From assembly GCA_964496065.1 (NCBI GenBank), contig CAZBXD010000009.1, positions 1-46,725 on the forward strand: a stretch of DNA of 46,725 bases. Reading direction: 5' to 3'. Origin of the DNA: an uncultured Bdellovibrionales bacterium (GTDB lineage Bacteria > Pseudomonadota > Alphaproteobacteria > Micavibrionales > SZUA-601). Position numbers and translations under genes: made by a program. Shown here in pieces: positions 1 through 8,773 of the stretch; within the stretch, counting starts at the first letter, position 1; every line of letters starts with the position of its first letter. Below the pieces are notes generated by a model. It saw only the letters and a list, made by a program, of their open reading frames with translations. It did no database searches and was not told the origin of the DNA.

Positions 1-61
1 TTTTTATATATGAGGATGTTTTTCTCTTTTCGTGTTGTCATATCCGTGTATTGTTAAAATC

Positions 62-634
62 ATGATGATCAATAAAAAAAATCTGCCGAATATATTAACC
101 TTCGCTCGGATTTTGGCGATCCCTGTTATTACAATTCTGTTTTTCTTTCCTTTCCAATGGGCCGCTTGGGCCGCACTGTTTATCTATATCCCAGCAGCAC
201 TCACGGATTTTTTTGATGGCTATTTTGCACGCGCTCATCAGACAATCACGCCAATTGGTAAATTTATGGATCCGATTGCTGATAAGCTGTTTGTTGGGGC
301 AATGTTGTTCCTGCTTGTCGCTTTTGATCGTTTAACCGGGATTTGGGTTCTTCCAGCGGTGATTATCTTTATGCGGGAAATGTTTATTGCCGGCCTTCGT
401 GAATATCTTGGGCCAATGAATATCCAACTGCCCGTTAGTCGTTTGGGAAAATGGAAAACCATGATTCAAATGACAGCGATTGGGTTTTTAATTGTTTCTG
501 GTTACAATACGATTACTTGGATCCCAGAGCAATCAATTGGTCAGCTGGGGCTAACGCTAGCCATGTTTATGACAGTGAAATCAGGGCTTGATTATGCAGC
601 TGTCGGTTTGAAGCATATTCGCGATAGCGAATAA
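62..634 (+). CDS. pgsA: CDP-diacylglycerol--glycerol-3-phosphate 3-phosphatidyltransferase (CDP-alcohol phosphatidyltransferase family)
   Basis: CDP-alcohol phosphatidyltransferase motif DFFDGYFAR...G...DPIADK; multi-TM protein of about 190 aa. The ORF track starts at GTG 32; the in-frame ATG at 62 (MMINKKNLPNILT) is the more typical start. Confidence 0.85.
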   Translation: MMINKKNLPNILTFARILAIPVITILFFFPFQWAAWAALFIYIPAALTDFFDGYFARAHQTITPIGKFMDPIADKLFVGAMLFLLVAFDRLTGIWVLPAVIIFMREMFIAGLREYLGPMNIQLPVSRLGKWKTMIQMTAIGFLIVSGYNTITWIPEQSIGQLGLTLAMFMTVKSGLDYAAVGLKHIRDSE

Positions 635-638
635 AATT

Positions 639-653
639 GTTCTTCTTTTGTTC
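639..653 (+). promoter_or_regulatory. Putative LexA (SOS) operator, GTTC-N7-GTTC direct repeat
   Basis: The sequence GTTCttcttttGTTC at 639-653 exactly matches the alphaproteobacterial SOS-box architecture. It lies 43 nt upstream of the ATG of a Y-family polymerase gene, a classical SOS regulon member. Confidence 0.5.
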
Positions 654-695
654 TTGTTAGTATGTTAGGATTATCCTCCTGTAATGGAGTAATTT

Positions 696-1991
696 ATGGC
701 ACAATCTCTGGCAACACAATTGACTACCCTTTTTTTGGATCTCAACAGCTATTTTGCCAGTGTTGAGCAACAGATTAATCCTAGTTTTCGCGGGAAACCT
801 TTGATTGTTGTACCAACAGAAACCGAGGCAACTTGTGCCATTGCGGCCAGTTATGAGGCCAAACGTTTAGGGATTAAAACGAATACGCCGGTTTGGGAAG
901 CGCGGGCAAAATGCCCTGATTTAATTGTTATTCCCGCGCGCCATAATCGCTATGTTGACTACCATAAGCGAATTATGGCGGAACTTGATCGGCATGCCCC
1001 CATTATCAAAATTTGTTCGATAGATGAGGCGGCGTGTGAAATTCCGCATCGCTATCGTGAGCCGGAGCTGGCGATGGCCCTGGCACAACAGATTAAAATA
1101 GGTATTTGGAAAAATGTTGGCGAGGCTATTAACTGCTCCATTGGGATTGCGTCCAATGCGCTGTTAGGCAAGATTGCTTCCGATATGCAAAAACCAGATG
1201 GCTTGGTCGTCCTCTATCCCGATAAAATCCCGGAGGCGCTTTATCATCTGAAGCTACTTGATTTTCCAGGGATTGGTTTGGGCATGGAGCGGCGTTTTTA
1301 TCTCAAAGGAATTTTTAACATTGAGCAGTTTTGTAATTTATCGCCGAAACAGGCACGCAAAATCTGGGGGAGTGTCACGGGGGAGCGCTATTGGTATCAA
1401 CTACACGGTATGGAGATTGCCTCCCTCCCTTCCAAACGCACCACTGTGGGGCATAGCCATGTTTTGGCGCCGCCGTTACGCTTTCCGGATAAGGCACGAT
1501 TGGTTGCCCGTCGTTTGGCGGCCAAAGCCGCCAGTCGCTTGCGCAGATTAGGCTATTACGCGGGATGTGTTTACCTGTCTATTCGTTTTGTTGATCAAAC
1601 CCGTTGGTCAGGAGATCGCCGCTTATCCCATGCACAAGACAGTTTTTCTCTTCTCCATATTGTTGATGACTTATGGCGGCAAATGGCATTACAGATTGGC
1701 GATCTTTCCCATCGGCGCGTGAAAAAGGTGAGTGTTGGTTTTTTATCCTTGCGCCAGCGACAGATGATTACCAAAGACCTTTTTTCTGTCTCTCAAGAAC
1801 AAATCAAAAAATGGGAAGCCATTAGTGACAATATGGATCATTTGAATAAAAAATATGGCCGGGATACGGTGTTTATTGGTGCATTGCCGGGTATGAAAAA
1901 CAAGAAAATGTCGGCATTGGAAATGGGACAATACTCAGGGACAAAAATTGCCTTTTCTCGTATACCGGACCATGAAGAATTTTATGAATAG
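696..1991 (+). CDS. Y-family (DinB/UmuC/ImpB-type) translesion DNA polymerase
   Basis: N-terminal LFLDLNSYFASVEQ and downstream SIDEA acidic catalytic motifs typical of the Y-family palm domain; 431 aa; SOS-like box upstream. Confidence 0.8.
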   Translation: MAQSLATQLTTLFLDLNSYFASVEQQINPSFRGKPLIVVPTETEATCAIAASYEAKRLGIKTNTPVWEARAKCPDLIVIPARHNRYVDYHKRIMAELDRHAPIIKICSIDEAACEIPHRYREPELAMALAQQIKIGIWKNVGEAINCSIGIASNALLGKIASDMQKPDGLVVLYPDKIPEALYHLKLLDFPGIGLGMERRFYLKGIFNIEQFCNLSPKQARKIWGSVTGERYWYQLHGMEIASLPSKRTTVGHSHVLAPPLRFPDKARLVARRLAAKAASRLRRLGYYAGCVYLSIRFVDQTRWSGDRRLSHAQDSFSLLHIVDDLWRQMALQIGDLSHRRVKKVSVGFLSLRQRQMITKDLFSVSQEQIKKWEAISDNMDHLNKKYGRDTVFIGALPGMKNKKMSALEMGQYSGTKIAFSRIPDHEEFYE

Positions 1992-1997
1992 AAAGAG

Positions 1998-2765
1998 TTA
2001 AGCAACCATTTCAATCGGGCCGATAGCACGACCATGGATAAATTGGTCAACATAGGCGTTGTTGGCATTTTCCATCTCATGTACAGGCCCAGTCCAGATC
2101 ATCTGCCCCTTATATAGCATGGAGACACGGTCGGCGATTGAGCGCACACTTGCCATATCATGTGTAATCGTGACAGCCGTGGCGCCGATTTCTTTCACAC
2201 ATTTTACAATCAACTCATTAATAACATCTGACATAATTGGATCCAGACCAGTGGTTGGTTCGTCAAAGAAAATAATCTCTGGTTCAATGGCAATGGCACG
2301 TGCAAGCGCAACGCGTTTTTGCATACCACCAGACAGTTCAGCCGGGAATTTAAAGGCAGAATCTGGGCCAAGACCGACCGCCCGTAGTTTCTCCACGGCA
2401 AAGTCGGGCGCTTCTTTTCGGCTGATTTTCTTACGTTGCAAGAGAGCAAAGCAGATATTTTCCCACACAGGGAGTGAATCAAAGAGGGCACCCGCTTGAA
2501 AGAGCATACCAAATTTTTCCCGGATATGAAGTTGTTCTGCAGGCGAAGCGCCAACCATTTCCTGCCCATCGATCATAATTGATCCGCTATCAGCATGTAA
2601 AAGACCAAGAATACATTTCATCAAAACGGATTTACCGGATCCGGATCCGCCGATAATTACCATTGATTCCTGTTGCCGCACGTTGAGATCAATTCCACGC
2701 AGGACATGATTATCATCAAAGGATTTACTGACATTCTGAACGCTGATCTTAAGGTCTGTTGTCAT
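1998..2765 (-). CDS. mlaF: ABC transporter ATP-binding protein, MlaF-like (phospholipid/lipid asymmetry transport)
   Basis: Walker A GGSGSGKS, ABC signature LSGGMQKR and Walker B IIFFDEPT. It overlaps the upstream MlaE-type permease gene by 4 nt. Confidence 0.8.
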   Translation of the reverse strand: MTTDLKISVQNVSKSFDDNHVLRGIDLNVRQQESMVIIGGSGSGKSVLMKCILGLLHADSGSIMIDGQEMVGASPAEQLHIREKFGMLFQAGALFDSLPVWENICFALLQRKKISRKEAPDFAVEKLRAVGLGPDSAFKFPAELSGGMQKRVALARAIAIEPEIIFFDEPTTGLDPIMSDVINELIVKCVKEIGATAVTITHDMASVRSIADRVSMLYKGQMIWTGPVHEMENANNAYVDQFIHGRAIGPIEMVA

Positions 2766-3592
2766 GAAAAGAATACCTGGGTCAAGATATAGTTACAGAT
2801 CAAGATTAAAATAGAGGAAGAGACAACTGCACCAGTTGTTGCGCGACCAACGCCTTGGGCACCGCGGCCAGAGAAGAAGCCGTTATAACAGCCCATCAAG
2901 GCAACGATATAGCCGTAGACACCGGCCTTAACGAGACCAGAAATTACATCAATGGGTTCTAAGAAATCGATTGTTTGCTTGAGATAGTTAGCGGGGTTAA
3001 AGCCCAGTTTGTGAATACTAATGATATAACCACCAAAGACCCCAATAATATCGCCAACAAGCACAAGAAGGGGGAGCATTAAAACACCCGCAATCAAGCG
3101 TGGTGCAATCAAATACTTATATGGGTTCGTCGTCAGGGTGCGCAGGGCATCAATCTGTTCTGTGACGCGCATCGTGCCAATTTCTGCCGCCATCGCAGCA
3201 CCAATCCGCCCAGCCACCATCAAACCAGCGAGCACAGGGGCCAATTCTCGTGTGATGGAAAGAACAACAACGGTTGCCACGGCACCTTCTGCTGAAAAAC
3301 GAGAAAACCCAGTATAGCTTTGTAGAGCCAGGACCATCCCGGTAAATAAGGTCGTGAGACCAACCACAGGGAGGGAGTAATAGCCGATTTCAATAAATTG
3401 CCGGAAGATCAATCGTGGATAAATCGGCGGGCGGACAACATGCGAGGCACTAATACCAATAAAATAGCTTAAGCGACCGGTGGCATTGAGAAATTTCAAC
3501 ACGGTACGGCCGATATGCTGTAAGATACTAATAGGCAGATTTAAGAGCGCTTCCATGCCCGTTAAAATGGCATTGAACGGACGCAAAGGCAA
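2762..3592 (-). CDS. mlaE: ABC transporter permease, MlaE-like
   Basis: About 260-276 aa polytopic membrane protein with the MlaE/Ttg2B-like layout, translationally coupled to the MlaF-like ATPase. The exact start is uncertain; alternative Met at residue 12. Confidence 0.75.
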   Translation of the reverse strand: MPLRPFNAILTGMEALLNLPISILQHIGRTVLKFLNATGRLSYFIGISASHVVRPPIYPRLIFRQFIEIGYYSLPVVGLTTLFTGMVLALQSYTGFSRFSAEGAVATVVVLSITRELAPVLAGLMVAGRIGAAMAAEIGTMRVTEQIDALRTLTTNPYKYLIAPRLIAGVLMLPLLVLVGDIIGVFGGYIISIHKLGFNPANYLKQTIDFLEPIDVISGLVKAGVYGYIVALMGCYNGFFSGRGAQGVGRATTGAVVSSSILILICNYILTQVFFS

Positions 3593-3602
3593 GGGGGATT
3601 AT

Positions 3603-5102
3603 TTACTCACTATGATGGCGGTCAAGGTCAGAAAAACGAGTAAATTCACCATCAAAGAAGAGCTTAACCGTACCAATTGGGCCATGGCGCTGTTTGCCAA
3701 GAATGATTTCAGCAACATTTGTTGCGCGTGCCAGCTGTTCCTGCCAACGGGCGTAGCGATCACCAAATTTCTCCGGTGTTTCATTCGCGTGTTGGGTTGG
3801 TTCTTCACGCGAGAGGTAATATTCCTCCCGATAAATGAACATGACGACATCAGCATCTTGTTCAATTGAACCTGATTCGCGAAGATCAGAAAGCTGTGGG
3901 CGCTTATTCTCACGTTGCTCAACTTGACGAGAGAGCTGCGATAAAGCAATTACTGGCACATTTAATTCTTTTGCCAAGGTTTTAAGGCCGCGCGAGATTT
4001 CTGAGATTTCCTGCACCCGGTTATCATTAGAGCGGCGGCCCGATCCTCCCAAGAGTTGCAGATAATCGAGGATGATAAGGTCAAGACCATGTTGACGCTG
4101 TAGACGTCGGGCGCGGGTGCGAATACCGGAGATATTCAACGCAGCACTATCATCAATATAAAGGGGCAGAGTCGAGAGTTTCTGGCTCGCTTCCGCAAAG
4201 CGGTGGAAATCATCTTGGGAAATATCGCCACGGCGAATTTTCTCGGATCCGATATTGGCAACATCCGACAGAATACGGAGCGCGAGCTGTTCCGATGACA
4301 TCTCAAGGGAGAAAATGCCAACCCGGGCACCTTCTTTACCCTGACTTTCAACATAGGCGTTCGCCGCCTTGTAGGCGATATTAATGGCCAGCGAGGTTTT
4401 CCCCATAGAAGGACGGCCAGCGAGAATAATCAGGTCACTGGGGTGAAGGCCACCGAGCTTTTTGTCCATATCACGAAAACCAGAGGTGACACCGGTGACA
4501 TTACTGTCGGATAAAAAGGCTTTTTCAGCGGTTTTAATCGCCGTGGTTAATGATTCTTGAAACGGGATAAAGCCTTTTTTGTAGTCCCCATGCTCAGCCA
4601 AATTAAACAGCGTCGCTTCAGCCGTTTCAATCTGGGTAGTTGGCGGATTTTCTATATCATGTTCATGCGCCGTGTTCGAGATCTCTTCACCAATTGTGAT
4701 GAGCTGACGACGCAAATAAGTGTCATAAACCGCTTGACCGTAGGCCTGCGTATTCGCTACGGAGACAACATTTGCTGCTAGATCAGCCAAATAGGCCGGG
4801 CCACCAACATGAGCAAGACCATCGTCTTTGGCAAAAAAAGCTTTTAGGGTGACAGGATCGGCAACTTGTCCACGATCACATAAGGTCACGATTGCTTGGT
4901 AAATCGCGCCATGGGTGGGATGATAGAAATGCTCAGGCTTGAGGAACTCATTAACTTTTTCAATCGCTTGATTGTCAAGCAAGAGAGCACCAAGCACCCC
5001 TTGCTCCGCCTCTTCATTATGCGGACGTGCGCGATAGTCGGTGTTGCTGCCATCATTATCAGACGCTGTGTCAACTGTTAAGACAGATTTCAGTGAAGTC
5101 AT
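3603..5102 (-). CDS. dnaB: Replicative DNA helicase DnaB
   Basis: N-terminal PHNEEAEQGVLGALL, Walker A GRPSMGKTS, Walker B LIILDYLQLL and C-terminal RHGPIGTV; 499 aa, a normal length with no intein. Confidence 0.95.
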   Translation of the reverse strand: MTSLKSVLTVDTASDNDGSNTDYRARPHNEEAEQGVLGALLLDNQAIEKVNEFLKPEHFYHPTHGAIYQAIVTLCDRGQVADPVTLKAFFAKDDGLAHVGGPAYLADLAANVVSVANTQAYGQAVYDTYLRRQLITIGEEISNTAHEHDIENPPTTQIETAEATLFNLAEHGDYKKGFIPFQESLTTAIKTAEKAFLSDSNVTGVTSGFRDMDKKLGGLHPSDLIILAGRPSMGKTSLAINIAYKAANAYVESQGKEGARVGIFSLEMSSEQLALRILSDVANIGSEKIRRGDISQDDFHRFAEASQKLSTLPLYIDDSAALNISGIRTRARRLQRQHGLDLIILDYLQLLGGSGRRSNDNRVQEISEISRGLKTLAKELNVPVIALSQLSRQVEQRENKRPQLSDLRESGSIEQDADVVMFIYREEYYLSREEPTQHANETPEKFGDRYARWQEQLARATNVAEIILGKQRHGPIGTVKLFFDGEFTRFSDLDRHHSE

Positions 5103-5149
5103 AAGAGCTATTCTATATTCAAAATAATGTTAATTACCAGAGTATTCTG

Positions 5150-5184
5150 TAAAAAAAAGAGCCAGCCTGTGACAGGCGGCTCTT
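5150..5184 (-). terminator. Rho-independent terminator downstream of rplI
   Basis: The minus strand reads AAGAGCCGCCTGTCACAGGCTGGCTCTT followed by a T8 run. This is a GC-rich extended hairpin between the rplI stop and the dnaB start. Confidence 0.7.
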
Positions 5185-5245
5185 CTTAGAAAAGTAAAGA
5201 TCAGCTAAGATGCTTTTAAGAAGCCGCGTTTTCTTTGGTTTCTTC

Positions 5246-5944
5246 CTAAGCTGTTGCATTATCAGCGTCAGCCTCAGTAGCATCGGTATCCTCAGATGCC
5301 GCCGCTTCCGCTGGAGTAGGTGCTGCCGCTTCTTCAGCTTGATCAGTTAGGGTTGCTTTTGCTTGTTCGGCTGCTTCTTCGCTTTCAAAGACTTCAGCAA
5401 CAGCTGCGTCAACATCAATCTCAACTTCAGTCTCTTCAACAGCATTTCGATCAATAATTAGGGCACCGCCGCGCTCTAGCTGAATTTTTGCTTCTTCTTC
5501 AGAGCGGGCAACATTGGCCGTAACCTCAACAACAACTTCGGGATGCAGCGTAACACGTGCTGTAAATAGCCCCAACATTTTGATGGATTCGTTCAACGCA
5601 ACCTGTTGACGTGTAATAGTTGTACCGGAGGCCGTGACAGCTTCAGCGATATCGCGAGAGGATACCGAGCCATAAAGCTTACCAGATTCAGCCGCCTGAC
5701 GAACAACAGTAACAGTAAGATCATCGCTCATTTTCTTAGCAACAGCTTCAGCATCTTTTTTCTTTTGCAGATTATCGGCTTCAAGCTGTTTCTTTTGTGT
5801 TTCAAAAAAGGCGATATTATCCTGTGTCGCACGAAGCGCTTTCTTACGTGGGAGCAGGAAGTTGCGGGCATAGCCTGGCTTAACGGTGACCGTGTCACCC
5901 ATTTGGCCGAGGTTTTCAACGCGTTCAAGAAGAATAACTTGCAT
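5246..5944 (-). CDS. rplI: 50S ribosomal protein L9 with a long acidic/Ala-rich C-terminal extension
   Basis: [32 protein letters not shown] is the L9 N-terminal domain. It is the third gene of an rpsF-rpsR-rplI operon. 232 aa. Confidence 0.93.
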   Translation of the reverse strand: MQVILLERVENLGQMGDTVTVKPGYARNFLLPRKKALRATQDNIAFFETQKKQLEADNLQKKKDAEAVAKKMSDDLTVTVVRQAAESGKLYGSVSSRDIAEAVTASGTTITRQQVALNESIKMLGLFTARVTLHPEVVVEVTANVARSEEEAKIQLERGGALIIDRNAVEETEVEIDVDAAVAEVFESEEAAEQAKATLTDQAEEAAAPTPAEAAASEDTDATEADADNATA

Positions 5945-5955
5945 GATTTTTCCCC

Positions 5956-6198
5956 TTATTCTTTATGTGCGGTGTATGGCAAAAGAGCCAAGGCACGCGC
6001 CCGTTTGATTGCTTTGGTTAATTCGCGTTGCTTTTTTGTGCACACGCCGGTAATGCGGCTCGGGGTAATTTTACCACGCTCTGACACGAATTTTTTTAAT
6101 AAGTCGACATCTTTATAGTCGATCTTTGGCGAATTGTCGCTGGAGAAAGGACAAACCTTCCGGCGACGGAAGAATTTTGGTGCAGATTTCTCATTCAT
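5956..6198 (-). CDS. rpsR: 30S ribosomal protein S18
   Basis: The S18 signature region [26 protein letters not shown]; 80 aa; overlaps the rpsF stop by 4 nt. Confidence 0.95.
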   Translation of the reverse strand: MNEKSAPKFFRRRKVCPFSSDNSPKIDYKDVDLLKKFVSERGKITPSRITGVCTKKQRELTKAIKRARALALLPYTAHKE

Positions 6199-6533
6199 GC
6201 TGCTTCTCCTTCTTTCTTATTCATCATAATTGTTTGGCCTTCAGGCTTTTCTTCCAATGCTGTGGAAAGAAAACGCAAAATATCTTCGTTGAGGCGCAGG
6301 TTACGCTCCAACTCGTCTTTTGCTGCTGCCGCTCCATCGATATGGAAGCACACATAATGCCCTTTACGGTTTTTGTTGATTCGGTAGGCCAACTGACGCA
6401 ATCCCCAAAATTCGGTATTGATCACTTGTCCACCATTATCGTTCACGATATCGGCCATCTTTGTAGCCAGTTCTTTACATTGACCGTCGGTCAAGTCTTG
6501 CCGTGCAATAAACACGGTTTCATAATAAGCCAT
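6195..6533 (-). CDS. rpsF: 30S ribosomal protein S6
   Basis: [14 protein letters not shown]... is a typical S6 N-terminus; SD GGAGG upstream; first gene of the S6-S18-L9 operon. Confidence 0.93.
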   Translation of the reverse strand: MAYYETVFIARQDLTDGQCKELATKMADIVNDNGGQVINTEFWGLRQLAYRINKNRKGHYVCFHIDGAAAAKDELERNLRLNEDILRFLSTALEEKPEGQTIMMNKKEGEAA

Positions 6534-6557
6534 TTTTACCTCCTTATGGCTGTTAAA

Positions 6558-6578
6558 GCTAAGGCCAAATGCCTTAGC
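6558..6578 (-). promoter_or_regulatory. Perfect 8-bp hairpin in the rpsF 5' leader (possible S6:S18 autoregulatory element)
   Basis: GCTAAGGC-caaat-GCCTTAGC lies about 25 nt upstream of the rpsF start codon. Its position matches where r-protein leader structures occur. Confidence 0.3.
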
Positions 6579-6747
6579 AAGGTAGGTGTGGACGGTTTAT
6601 AGCCCCGTTATACCCTAAAAAGCAAGAACTTTTTTGTTTTCGGTTCCCCCGATCCAAGAGAAGAGAGTCTTTTATGTCTTATGGAATGTAATATGGGTAA
6701 TAATATTTTTAATTCAAGAAAAACACTATTTTTTGTCAAGAAAAACC

Positions 6748-6777
6748 TTGCCTATAAGAGAAGAATCGGTTTATAAA
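6748..6777 (+). promoter_or_regulatory. Candidate sigma-70 promoter (TTGCCT-N17-TTATAA) for the small acidic ORF
   Basis: -35-like TTGCCT at 6748-6753 and -10-like TTATAA/TATAAA at 6771-6777, about 45 nt upstream of the ATG at 6820. Confidence 0.3.
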
Positions 6778-6819
6778 GCGCGCAATCCATTTCAACCAAA
6801 AAATAAGGGAGTGTAAAAA

Positions 6820-6903
6820 ATGGGATACAAAGACGAAGAAGACGAAGACCCACTTGATAATGGCGATAATCAGTTTGACGAAGAAGATGAGTTTCTTACT
6901 TAG
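6820..6903 (+). CDS. Hypothetical 27-aa hyper-acidic small protein (MGYKDEEDEDPLDNGDNQFDEEDEFLT)
   Basis: It is not in the ORF track because it is shorter than 60 aa. SD AAGGGAG lies 7 nt upstream of the ATG, a promoter-like element is upstream, and an intrinsic terminator is about 65 nt downstream. There is no homology evidence. Confidence 0.35.
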   Translation: MGYKDEEDEDPLDNGDNQFDEEDEFLT

Positions 6904-6967
6904 GGAAGCTCCAGAAAAGTTACCAGTCACTTAAAGCTCTAATTTATAAAAGATTTTAATAATACAT

Positions 6968-6997
6968 AAAGGCGGCTCTAGTCGCCTTTATTTTTTT
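6968..6997 (+). terminator. Rho-independent terminator
   Basis: AAAGGCG-gctctagt-CGCCTTT followed by ATTTTTTT. It is oriented for plus-strand transcription and sits between the small ORF and fabD. Confidence 0.65.
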
Positions 6998-7070
6998 GTC
7001 CTCAGACAAAACTTGACAAAAGGGCAAAAACCACTATCTCTATGGCTGTTTTTATAACAGGAGTTTATCA

Positions 7071-8015
7071 ATGACCACAGCATTACTCTTTCCCGGACAA
7101 GGATCGCAAACGATCGGCATGGGCAAAGATTTCTATGATTCTTTTGCCTCCGCCCGTGAGGTTTTTGAGCAAGTGGATGATGCGCTCAATCAAAAACTCT
7201 CGCAGATTATTTTTGAGGGTCCTGAGGATCAGATTAATCTCACTGAAAATACGCAACCAGCTTTGATGGCGGTGTCCATGGCGGTGATGGCGGTTTTATC
7301 AAAAGAAGCCGGCCTTAATATCGCTGAAAAAATATCTTTTATGGCGGGTCATTCCTTGGGTGAGTATAGTGCCTATGCGGCGGCGGGATCATTCTCCCTT
7401 GCGGATACAGCCCGTCTTTTGAAAACCCGTGGTCAGGCGATGCAAAAAGCCGTCCCGGTTGGACAAGGCGCCATGGCTGCCGTGATCGGGTTAGAAATGG
7501 CGGATGTGGTTGGTCTTTGCGATCAAGCTTCAACGGATGATTCGTTGTGTTCTTTGGCGAATGATAACTGTCCGGGGCAAATCGTTGTCAGCGGTCATAC
7601 CGCGGCGGTCGAAAAAGCTGCGGCTTTAGCGACAGAAAAAGGGGCGCGTAAAGCTGTGATGTTGCCAGTGAGTGCCCCGTTTCATTGTGCGCTGATGTTG
7701 CCCGCGGCTGAAGCAATGGCGATTGCCTTGTCTGAGGTTGAGGTCACTATGCCGTCTTGCCCGGTTTATGCGAATGTGACAACAAGGCCAGCCAAATCAG
7801 TCGATGAAATTCGTGCCCTTCTTGTGCAACAGGTCACAGACCAAGTGCGCTGGCGCGAAACCATTGGCGCCTTGCAGGCTGATGGCGCCACCCGTTTTGT
7901 TGAAATTGGCGCGGGTAAGGTTTTGACCGGGCTGATGCGTCGCATTGATCGTGCAGCAGAGACATTTGTTGTCAATACGCCTGAGGATGTTGATGCCCTC
8001 GTCAAAGCACTCTAG
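7071..8015 (+). CDS. fabD: Malonyl-CoA:ACP transacylase
   Basis: N-terminal FPGQGSQ.IGMG and active-site GHSLGEYSA; first gene of the fab cluster. Confidence 0.95.
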   Translation: MTTALLFPGQGSQTIGMGKDFYDSFASAREVFEQVDDALNQKLSQIIFEGPEDQINLTENTQPALMAVSMAVMAVLSKEAGLNIAEKISFMAGHSLGEYSAYAAAGSFSLADTARLLKTRGQAMQKAVPVGQGAMAAVIGLEMADVVGLCDQASTDDSLCSLANDNCPGQIVVSGHTAAVEKAAALATEKGARKAVMLPVSAPFHCALMLPAAEAMAIALSEVEVTMPSCPVYANVTTRPAKSVDEIRALLVQQVTDQVRWRETIGALQADGATRFVEIGAGKVLTGLMRRIDRAAETFVVNTPEDVDALVKAL

Positions 8016-8035
8016 TTTTTAATCAGGAGAAAAAT

Positions 8036-8773
8036 ATGTTTGATTTAACAGGTAAAACGGCGCTTGTAACCGGCGCTTCCGGCGGTATTGGTGGCGAAAT
8101 TGCCAAAGCGTTGCATGCACAAGGCGCAACTATCACCATTACAGGCCGTAAAAAAGAAGCTTTGGATAAACTGGCTGGTGAGTTGGGGGGGCGTGTCCAT
8201 GTGGTTGTGGGCGATCTGTCTTCTGCGGAAGCGGCAGACGCCGTTGTTGCGGTAGCAACACAAGCAATGGAAAAGATTGATATTCTTGTCAATAATGCAG
8301 GCCTGACCCGTGATGGTTTGGCGATGCGCATGAAAGATGAAGATTGGCAGGCCGTTATTGATGTGAATCTCACAGCGGCGTTTCGTTTATCGCGCTCTGT
8401 CATGAAAGGGATGATGAAAAATCGCTTTGGACGGATGATCAATATTACATCCGTGGTTGGTGTGACAGGGAATCCAGGGCAAGCAAACTATGTGGCGTCA
8501 AAAGCTGGAATCATCGGCATGTCCAAGGCTTTGGCGGCTGAAGTGGCCAGTCGTGGCATCACGGTAAACTGTGTTGCGCCGGGCTTTATTCAAACGGCAA
8601 TGACAGATGTCTTGACAGAGGAGCAAAAAAATCGCATCTTGCCTGCCGTTCCTGCGAACCGCTTGGGTCAGCCAGACGAAATTGCCTCTGCAGTTGTTTA
8701 TCTGGCGAGTGATGAAGCAGCCTATGTGACAGGCCAGACAATCCATGTTAATGGTGGGATGGCAATGATCTAG
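8036..8773 (+). CDS. fabG: 3-oxoacyl-ACP reductase
   Basis: SDR Rossmann motif TGASGGIGG, NNAG, and the catalytic YVASKAG (YxxxK); it lies between fabD and acpP. Confidence 0.95.
   Translation: MFDLTGKTALVTGASGGIGGEIAKALHAQGATITITGRKKEALDKLAGELGGRVHVVVGDLSSAEAADAVVAVATQAMEKIDILVNNAGLTRDGLAMRMKDEDWQAVIDVNLTAAFRLSRSVMKGMMKNRFGRMINITSVVGVTGNPGQANYVASKAGIIGMSKALAAEVASRGITVNCVAPGFIQTAMTDVLTEEQKNRILPAVPANRLGQPDEIASAVVYLASDEAAYVTGQTIHVNGGMAMI

Noticed and set aside
2059-2499. A 146-aa plus-strand ORF inside mlaF. Similar long antisense or off-frame ORFs occur at 3480-3869, 3599-3949, 6126-6602, 8023-8442, 14381-14692, 16354-16710, 26035-26535, 34315-34611, 40482-40832 and 40715-41170.
   Set aside because: All are fully embedded in, or antisense to, CDSs with strong family motifs. 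They have skewed low-complexity or Arg/Ser/Cys-rich compositions typical of shadow frames and lack SD sequences.
3603-5102. I checked dnaB for an intein or other insertion.
   Set aside because: The 499-aa length and the contiguous helicase motifs match a standard DnaB. No extra block lies between Walker A and the C-terminal motifs.
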